Assembly (NCBI GenBank): GCA_965221695.1
Contig: OZ244905.1
Span: forward strand, 672,001-736,000
Length of the DNA stretch: 64,000 nucleotides
From: Gammaproteobacteria bacterium
Lineage (GTDB): Bacteria; Pseudomonadota; Gammaproteobacteria; Eutrophobiales; Eutrophobiaceae
Direction of reading: 5' to 3'
Under the pieces are notes generated by a model. That model did no database searches. It was not told the origin of the DNA and saw only the letters and a program-made list of their open reading frames with translations. Position numbers and translations under genes: made by a program. Positions 57,742 to 64,000 of this stretch are shown here, one piece after another; positions within the stretch are counted from its first letter, which is position 1; every line of letters starts with the position of its first letter.

Positions 57742-59232
57742 TTAAGAAGACAGGTCAAGCCAGATTGTTTTGGTTTGCGTGTAACTTTCCAGAGCCTCAC
57801 CACCTTGCTCCCTGCCGATTCCAGACTGCTTGAACCCACCAAACGGCGCAGAAGGATCATAACGATGCCAGCAATTTAGCCATAAGGTTCCTGCTTTGAT
57901 TAACTGAGCCGCCCGAATCGCCTTTGCCGCATCTCGTGTCTGTACACCTGCCGCTAATCCATACGGTGAATCATTGGCGATTCGAATCGCGTCATCAAAA
58001 TCATCGAAAGCCACCGCTGTGAGTACCGGTCCGAATATTTCTTCTCGAGCAATGGTAACGTCGTTTGATGGCGCTGCAAATAAGGTCGGTTTAATAAAAT
58101 AACCTTTACCGTTAACTTTTGTTGTTTCGCCTCCGGTCAAGGCATCGCCGCATTCTTCCCTTCCCCTTTCGAGAAAAGAAATGACATTGTTATATTCGAT
58201 TTCGCCGGCCATGGGACCATAGTCTGAGCTGAGGTCCAGCGGATCTCCTACTTGAATAGACTCGGCCAGATTCACCATCTTATCCATAAATTTGTCGAAA
58301 ATTGAACGTTCGACAAGCAGACGAGAACCTGCTACACATACCTCTCCTTTATTCCAGTAAATTCCCAGATAAGCATTGAATGCCGCCTTATCGAGGTCTG
58401 CATCGGCAAATACAATATTGGGTGATTTGCCACCCAATTCAGCAGTGATATGTTTAAGCGTGCCTGCCCCGTCCCGTATGATCTGCTTGCCGGTTTCGGT
58501 TGAGCCTGTCACCGCGATTTTATCAACACCCGGATGTGTCACCAGCGCTTTTCCTATTACACTGCCTTGCCCGGTCAGCAGATTATAGACTCCATCAGGG
58601 ACACCGGCCTCAAGCATAATCTCTGCCAATGAAATCGCGGTCAGAGGTGTGGTGGTAGCGGGTTTGTGAATAATGCAATTCCCGGCCGCAAATGCGGGGG
58701 CAATTTTACTGACAGACAAAATAAGCGGGAAGTTGAATGGTGTAATTGCCGCAACCACCCCGAGAGGTTCACGCCGTGTAAATGCCAAGCTTGCCTGATG
58801 CCCTTCAGTCGGTTTGACAGCGCCCTCTATCTTGGTTGCGAAACCGGCGAAATACCTAAACAGTTTTGCGCAGAACGGAACATCAATCCCAACAGCATCC
58901 TTATACAATTTCCCCATGTCCAACGCCTCACGGTATGCCAACTCGTTTGCCCGTTCCTCCATAAGATCCGCAATCCGATTCATAATTATCGCCCGTTCAG
59001 AACCAGGCATTTTCCCCCACGGCCCATGGTCGAACGCTTTTCGCGCGCTATTCACCGCATCGTCCACATCGGAACGGGTAGCTTTTGCCACCTCGGTAAT
59101 AATTTCCTCATTCGTGGGGTTAAATGTGGGGAAAGCGCTACCATCCGATGACTCTCGCCATTTTCCATCAATATATAATTGACCTGGATTAACTTCCACG
59201 GGTTGGGGTGAGGGGACCTGTAACGGCAGCAT
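57742..59232 (-). CDS. Aldehyde dehydrogenase
   Basis: PFNFP, ELGGKSP, GEVCVAGSR (catalytic Cys), EEIFGPV, PFGGFKQSG. Confidence 0.93.
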   Translation of the reverse strand: MLPLQVPSPQPVEVNPGQLYIDGKWRESSDGSAFPTFNPTNEEIITEVAKATRSDVDDAVNSARKAFDHGPWGKMPGSERAIIMNRIADLMEERANELAYREALDMGKLYKDAVGIDVPFCAKLFRYFAGFATKIEGAVKPTEGHQASLAFTRREPLGVVAAITPFNFPLILSVSKIAPAFAAGNCIIHKPATTTPLTAISLAEIMLEAGVPDGVYNLLTGQGSVIGKALVTHPGVDKIAVTGSTETGKQIIRDGAGTLKHITAELGGKSPNIVFADADLDKAAFNAYLGIYWNKGEVCVAGSRLLVERSIFDKFMDKMVNLAESIQVGDPLDLSSDYGPMAGEIEYNNVISFLERGREECGDALTGGETTKVNGKGYFIKPTLFAAPSNDVTIAREEIFGPVLTAVAFDDFDDAIRIANDSPYGLAAGVQTRDAAKAIRAAQLIKAGTLWLNCWHRYDPSAPFGGFKQSGIGREQGGEALESYTQTKTIWLDLSS

Positions 59233-59340
59233 TGCAATTCCTCCTGGTAAATGTATTACCGCATGATGCGGGATATCACGTTATGGGCATGGGCGCTATC
59301 TTGGTCTAACTGTATCGGGTCTGACGGCGCTCAAGGCTTA

Positions 59341-59365
59341 ATATGTTATTGTTAATATAACATAT
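59341..59365. promoter_or_regulatory. Perfect 9-bp inverted repeat operator candidate
   Basis: ATATGTTAT-N7-ATAACATAT; related site at 56438-56462. Confidence 0.55.
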
Positions 59366-59422
59366 GTATTTTAAATTGATACATCCCGCCACACAAATTT
59401 TTGAGGATAGCCAAATTGGCAT

Positions 59423-59734
59423 TTAATCTGCTACTTCATTGAGCAGCAGCGGATCACAAAATTGCGGGAATCTGGGATGGGCGACCAACGGTTCCAGGTC
59501 GATTTTGCTCATATACTTATAAAGCGGCATTTTCCTGATTTGTTCCATTACCTCTTCATGACTATCCATGTTCCAGATTGCTACAACACCTTTGGCATTG
59601 GCCTTTCTCCATATGCCGAGCATCTTTCCATTTTTAACCATGGAAGTTGTTTGTTCCCATTCCCGAGGAAAAATTTCCTCTAGCGGTTCGGTAATTAGAT
59701 TGTAGTCCAGATCAACATTAAGAAGATAAATCAT
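59423..59734 (-). CDS. Muconolactone delta-isomerase (CatC)-family protein
   Basis: GKMLGIWR...VAIWNMDSHEEV...MPLYKYM...PLVAHP. Confidence 0.75.
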   Translation of the reverse strand: MIYLLNVDLDYNLITEPLEEIFPREWEQTTSMVKNGKMLGIWRKANAKGVVAIWNMDSHEEVMEQIRKMPLYKYMSKIDLEPLVAHPRFPQFCDPLLLNEVAD

Positions 59735-59831
59735 CAGTGAAACTCCTGCCTGGTAGAGAGTCAGGATTACATTGGCACTTCGAGTTGGACATATTGTCCT
59801 TCAAACATTTATTGGCTCCTGTACAGAAAAA

Positions 59832-60611
59832 TTACTCTGCAGAAAATGCGCCCTCAACATACTGTTCGGGATTCCATACATTAAATCCGCCATCCACATC
59901 GATAAATACACCTGTCATATAGCGATTTGTCATACAGAACAGGTAGCTCGGCGCTATATCTCTTGCCGTAGCGACAAATTTAACCGGCAGTTTTTGTTCA
60001 AAGTGTTTAATCATGCCTTCAAGAGCAGCATCGGGGACATTATCGTAGGTCTCAGTACCCTGGGTGAGACCTGGAGAGATAACGTTGATACGCTTAGGGC
60101 CTATTTCTACTGCGACTTTGCGCGCAAAGGCCTCTACCGCGCTGTTATTTCCAGCCAGCAGGCTGTGGTTCGGGACATAGCCTCGAGCAACGACGCCCGA
60201 GGTCAGCACTATGGAACCATGCGAAGACAAGTGCGGAACAGCGAACTTTGTGCATATAAACTTAGCCCAGAATCGGGACTTGAAGTAGATTGCTGCCTGA
60301 TCCAGGTCTATTTCCTCCAGTAAGCGCATCGCGCCGCTTAACGCGTCCCCTGAGTCATGGGTGGTAACAACCATGTGATCAATAGCGCCAAGTTTACTCA
60401 ACATCGCCTGGACTGAAGCCGGATCGGTAGCATCTACCTGTGCGATGGATGTCTTTCCTCCCAGCCGTGTTTTTGCAGCTTCGAGCTTTTCCATATTACG
60501 GCTTGCAATAATGACCTCCGCGCCTTGTGCCAGTGCAGCCTCAGCCACGGCATAGCCTATGCCACTTCTGCCACCGACGACTAACACTCGCTGATTTTTT
60601 AAATTACTCAT
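59832..60611 (-). CDS. Short-chain dehydrogenase/reductase (atypical active site)
   Basis: VGGRSGIG, RINVISPG, VDGG; no YxxxK. Confidence 0.85.
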   Translation of the reverse strand: MSNLKNQRVLVVGGRSGIGYAVAEAALAQGAEVIIASRNMEKLEAAKTRLGGKTSIAQVDATDPASVQAMLSKLGAIDHMVVTTHDSGDALSGAMRLLEEIDLDQAAIYFKSRFWAKFICTKFAVPHLSSHGSIVLTSGVVARGYVPNHSLLAGNNSAVEAFARKVAVEIGPKRINVISPGLTQGTETYDNVPDAALEGMIKHFEQKLPVKFVATARDIAPSYLFCMTNRYMTGVFIDVDGGFNVWNPEQYVEGAFSAE

Positions 60612-60670
60612 TCTATGTACGCTCCCGTTGGTTGTTACGATTGATATCAAATGCCTGGATTGTGTGTCGG

Positions 60671-61408
60671 TTACCAGACATTGTTCCCGCCATCGATGTC
60701 AACCCACGCGCCGGACAATTGTCGTGAGGTCATTGCAAACAAATAGGCTTCAGCAACGTCTGCCGGTGTGGCCACTTCCTTTACAGGCAGTTTTTCCGCG
60801 AAATGCTGAAAGTAAACATCACGGTCTTTTTTTGGAATACCATCAAAAGCTGGTGTGTCAGTCAGACTGGGGACTATAGCGTTTACTCGCACAGGACCAA
60901 ATTCGTGGGCTGCTTTTTTCACGAAACCTTCAACAGCACAGTTAACAGGACCCATGATGCCGTGTTTTTCCAACCATATACGACTGGCGCAACCGGAAGT
61001 CAACGTGATAGAACCTCGTTTGTTGAGGTGCGGAAGCGCATAGCGGCTGGCTAACACAGGTCCCCAGAATTTTGCCTCCATAAATTCACGGGAGGCCGTA
61101 ATATCAAGATCAACGATATCACGGAACACGCCGGGCACAACTTCGGATGAGGTGCCATGAGATGTGCATACCAGGTGGTCAAACTGACCTATTTGTGCAA
61201 AAAAGTCGGGCAGAATATCGAAATTTGTGACATCAAGTTGTTTGTATGAAGCATTCTCGCCAACTTCTGCGGCCGCCCGCTTCATGCGTGCAATGTTGCG
61301 GCTGGCGATAATAACAGACGCCCCCTGTTGATGAGCCAGGTTGGCGACAGCAAGGCCAATGCCGCTGCTACCACCTATGACAACAACTTTTTGATTTTGA
61401 AGTTTCAT
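60671..61408 (-). CDS. Short-chain dehydrogenase/reductase (atypical active site), paralog
   Basis: IGGSSGIG, RVNAIVP, IDGG; no YxxxK. Confidence 0.85.
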   Translation of the reverse strand: MKLQNQKVVVIGGSSGIGLAVANLAHQQGASVIIASRNIARMKRAAAEVGENASYKQLDVTNFDILPDFFAQIGQFDHLVCTSHGTSSEVVPGVFRDIVDLDITASREFMEAKFWGPVLASRYALPHLNKRGSITLTSGCASRIWLEKHGIMGPVNCAVEGFVKKAAHEFGPVRVNAIVPSLTDTPAFDGIPKKDRDVYFQHFAEKLPVKEVATPADVAEAYLFAMTSRQLSGAWVDIDGGNNVW

Positions 61409-61427
61409 AGTTCTACGATTGAATTTA

Positions 61428-61578
61428 AGAAGCTCTGAACAAGTCCATCCTGGACTTGTCAGAGCACGGAAAACAAAAATGTGATTTTTGTTTTCCTCAC
61501 AAAATCAATGCCTTACAGTCATTGATTTTGACGATACATCCTTGTATCGTAGGAAACTCTGACTTAATCAGAGTTTAC
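61428..61578. mobile_element. MITE-like structured repeat, copy 4 (full length)
   Basis: AGAAGCTCTGAACAAGTCCATCCTGGACTTG...ACGATACATCCTTGTATCGT...TCAGAGTTTAC|TTAA. Confidence 0.8.
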
Positions 61579-61996
61579 TTAAACTGATGTCTGCGGGTGG
61601 CGAGCCACCATATAGTAAATACATTGTTTCTTTTCCGGTGTTTAACATACGGTGTTCAATAACACCGGGTGGCATAAATATACAATCGCCGGTAGTTACC
61701 GGTTCCTCAAACAGTTTGCTGTTTTCATCTTCCCGCCACTGCATTACGCCGGAACCTCGGTGTACGAAGTAAAATTCTTCGAATTCCGGTGCATAGTTAA
61801 TTTTGATATTCCCATGCACCTCCTCTTGATGCCGGTGAAAGACATGAGGAAAATCACCGGGCGGTATCTCCGCCATCCCGCAGAAGAAAGCTTTTGATCC
61901 GGTATTTTCGGGGTAAACCAGCTTTTTTATCTTGCCTTCCCCATGCAGGTTATGCGGAATACCGTCTGTATATTTCACAATCTTTGGAATAATCAT
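61568..61996 (-). CDS. Cupin-domain protein
   Basis: HVFHRH...EEFYFVHRGSG...GDCIFMPPGVIEH. Confidence 0.85.
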   Translation of the reverse strand: MIIPKIVKYTDGIPHNLHGEGKIKKLVYPENTGSKAFFCGMAEIPPGDFPHVFHRHQEEVHGNIKINYAPEFEEFYFVHRGSGVMQWREDENSKLFEEPVTTGDCIFMPPGVIEHRMLNTGKETMYLLYGGSPPADISLSKL

Positions 61997-62049
61997 GATC
62001 TGACGTTACCTTAGAAACTTCAACGACTTATTGGTTGAGATTGTACTGC

Positions 62050-62649
62050 TTAGCGACATGGAAAATATTTCCTCGCCTTTTGTTGAACGGACTCGAGAAA
62101 CTCGCGTGCCAGTTCATCAGTGAGGCGTGACCCTACAGGACCAAAATGCAGGTGATCAATGACACTGATATTACAAAACTCGAGAGTAAATTTATCTTGT
62201 GTCAACCTGATTGCATCCATTTTTCCGGTCTGATTAAAATTATCAATCGTTGAACCTGAGGTTGTCACCAGCAGGCCTTTTTTATTCTCTAATAGTCCTG
62301 CCGTATGGTTCTTCCCGATACCATGCCCGTAGGCAAATCCATCCACCAGGACCCGGTCAATATAGCCTTTTAGGATTGCGGGAAATGATAACCACCAGAT
62401 TGGTGAAATAAAGGTGATTACATCAGCCCAAAGAATAAACTGTTGTTCGGTTTTAACATCATCTTCATAGTCACCGCTATGTCCTGCCGCCAGGTCTTTT
62501 GCGGTTGCCACCGGATTGAATTTCAGTCTGTACAAATCCCGGATTTCAACCTGGTGTCCCAGGTCTGATAAAGCGGATACATAAGCCTGTTTCAACTGCA
62601 TGTTAAAACTATTGCTTCTGGGATGTGCAAATACGATAAGGTGTTTCAT
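62050..62649 (-). CDS. Flavodoxin-like NAD(P)H:quinone oxidoreductase
   Basis: FAHPRSNSFN, RDLY, PIWWLSFPAILKGYIDRV. Confidence 0.9.
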   Translation of the reverse strand: MKHLIVFAHPRSNSFNMQLKQAYVSALSDLGHQVEIRDLYRLKFNPVATAKDLAAGHSGDYEDDVKTEQQFILWADVITFISPIWWLSFPAILKGYIDRVLVDGFAYGHGIGKNHTAGLLENKKGLLVTTSGSTIDNFNQTGKMDAIRLTQDKFTLEFCNISVIDHLHFGPVGSRLTDELAREFLESVQQKARKYFPCR

Positions 62650-62691
62650 AATCCAGTCATTTTCATAGTTGCGCCGCTATTGCAAGATTTG

Positions 62692-63369
62692 TTAATTGGC
62701 CAGAACTATCAAGGCATCCACAGCAATGGCATTACCGTTTTCAATGATTAACGGGTTGATATCCACTTCCGCAACATGGACATGTTCCAGACATAAATCT
62801 CCCACTGCAATCAAGTAATTGATTAATTTTTCAGTATTGACTTCGCCCATACCCCGAAAATTCCCCAGCAGGGCTGATGCGCTGATTTCATTGATCATCT
62901 GTTCAGCATCAAATGCACTGATTGGCGCCAGTCTCATTGATACATCTTTATATACCTCAGTAAACACCCCTCCAAGTCCAAATGTGACTACAGGTCCGAA
63001 CTGAGCGTCGCGTTTGGCGCCAAGCAGGAACTCTCTTGCCCCTGATGCCATTTGTTGTACCAGTATCTGTCCCCTTCCCTGCATGATGTTCAATAACTCG
63101 GCGAAATGATGCCGGAGTTCCTCCTTGTCCCTGATCCCCACCCGAACCAGTCCCAATTCGCTTTTATGGCTGAACTCGGGCCCTGACCCTTTCATGACTA
63201 CAGGAAATCCAATTTCCTCGGCAGCCTTTAGTCCCTGATCGAGGCTATCGACAACTTTCTCCACAGTGACTGAAATACCATACTCAGCGATAACTTTTTT
63301 TGAATCCGCCTCAGACAAAGTGTTTTGTCCGGCAACAATATAACGATTGAGAATGTCCTCAACGCTCAT
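62692..63369 (-). CDS. ADP-forming acyl-CoA synthetase beta (ATP-grasp) subunit
   Basis: GFPVVMK, HKSELGLV, FGPVVTFGLGG, EVDINPL. Confidence 0.9.
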   Translation of the reverse strand: MSVEDILNRYIVAGQNTLSEADSKKVIAEYGISVTVEKVVDSLDQGLKAAEEIGFPVVMKGSGPEFSHKSELGLVRVGIRDKEELRHHFAELLNIMQGRGQILVQQMASGAREFLLGAKRDAQFGPVVTFGLGGVFTEVYKDVSMRLAPISAFDAEQMINEISASALLGNFRGMGEVNTEKLINYLIAVGDLCLEHVHVAEVDINPLIIENGNAIAVDALIVLAN

Positions 63370-64000
63370 TGCGCTTGTGCCGATACGAAACTTTCCCGGA
63401 ATTTCGCGTAACGGAGCAGATAGGAAAATGTCTTCACTGCATCGTGCGAAGAAAGGAAAGTCGGGACTTTATTGTCAAGCAACATCCGGTAGCCATCTTT
63501 GGACAGCGTAACAGCGCCAGTCCACCCTACAATGATTGGTTTTTTGGCTCCCTTTGCCAGCTTGCTGATTTCAACGCCATAAAATGTAGCCCTTGGTTCC
63601 GCAACCATGGTGACCAGCAACAATACGCCATCAATATTATCCTGTGCCAATACTTCCCTGACAGTATCCTGATAGCCGGATTTATACGAGCGAATTTGCC
63701 CGGTAACATCTATCGGGTTAGCGGTTGAAGCAAATTCCGGCAGAACATTACGCAAGGAGGCTCTGGCATCTTCCTTGAGTTCGGGAATCTCCAAACCAAA
63801 GCGGTAACAATCATCCGCTGCCACACCACAAATACCTCCTGACGCAGAAATGATACCTACTTTAGGACCAGCCGGGTATTTGCCGGCTGACCAACTGAAA
63901 GCACGCGCAACAGGCAGCAAGTCTGCCGCATCATCTACCCGCACCACGCCAAATTGCTTACAAACTGCGTCAAAAACCTTATTTGAACCCGCAATCGCGC
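63366..64000 (-). CDS. ADP-forming acyl-CoA synthetase alpha subunit, C-terminal part; runs off window end
   Basis: AIAGS (window edge), ISASGG, NPIDVTG; stop overlaps the beta subunit start. Confidence 0.85.
   Translation of the reverse strand, partial: AIAGSNKVFDAVCKQFGVVRVDDAADLLPVARAFSWSAGKYPAGPKVGIISASGGICGVAADDCYRFGLEIPELKEDARASLRNVLPEFASTANPIDVTGQIRSYKSGYQDTVREVLAQDNIDGVLLLVTMVAEPRATFYGVEISKLAKGAKKPIIVGWTGAVTLSKDGYRMLLDNKVPTFLSSHDAVKTFSYLLRYAKFRESFVSAQAQ

Overview
A bacterial catabolic region, probably from a gammaproteobacterium (TonB-dependent receptors; taxonomy is inferred). It holds an amine/alcohol/aldehyde funnel (0-6.7 kb) and a complete protocatechuate 4,5-cleavage operon (ligA-B-K-U-J-I-C plus an aldo/keto reductase, 7.6-14.9 kb). 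An AT-rich patch follows, with one intact toxin-antitoxin pair, several decayed ones and a DUF3800 protein (15-17.8 kb). An approximately 19-kb catabolic island (17.8-36.9 kb) encodes an HTH/methyltransferase-like fusion, two tandem phytoene-desaturase-family flavoproteins, a GST, a beta-propeller, a TonB receptor, a LigM-like O-demethylase, a cysteine hydrolase, RidA, an ADH, a NicX-like dioxygenase, a three-subunit Mo-hydroxylase and MoaD. After that come a penicillin-acylase-like gene between two TonB receptors, a betaine-type demethylation cluster and a visibly AT-richer oxidoreductase island (53.3-64 kb). There are two dispersed non-coding repeat families. One is REP/BIME-like. The other is a ~150-bp MITE-like element of covarying hairpins whose minus strand carries exact CsrA/RsmA-binding consensus loops and sits in the 5' leader of three genes; this is the most unusual signal here. 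No rRNA, tRNA, CRISPR array or transposase was recognised. All assignments rest on visual motif recognition, not database searches.
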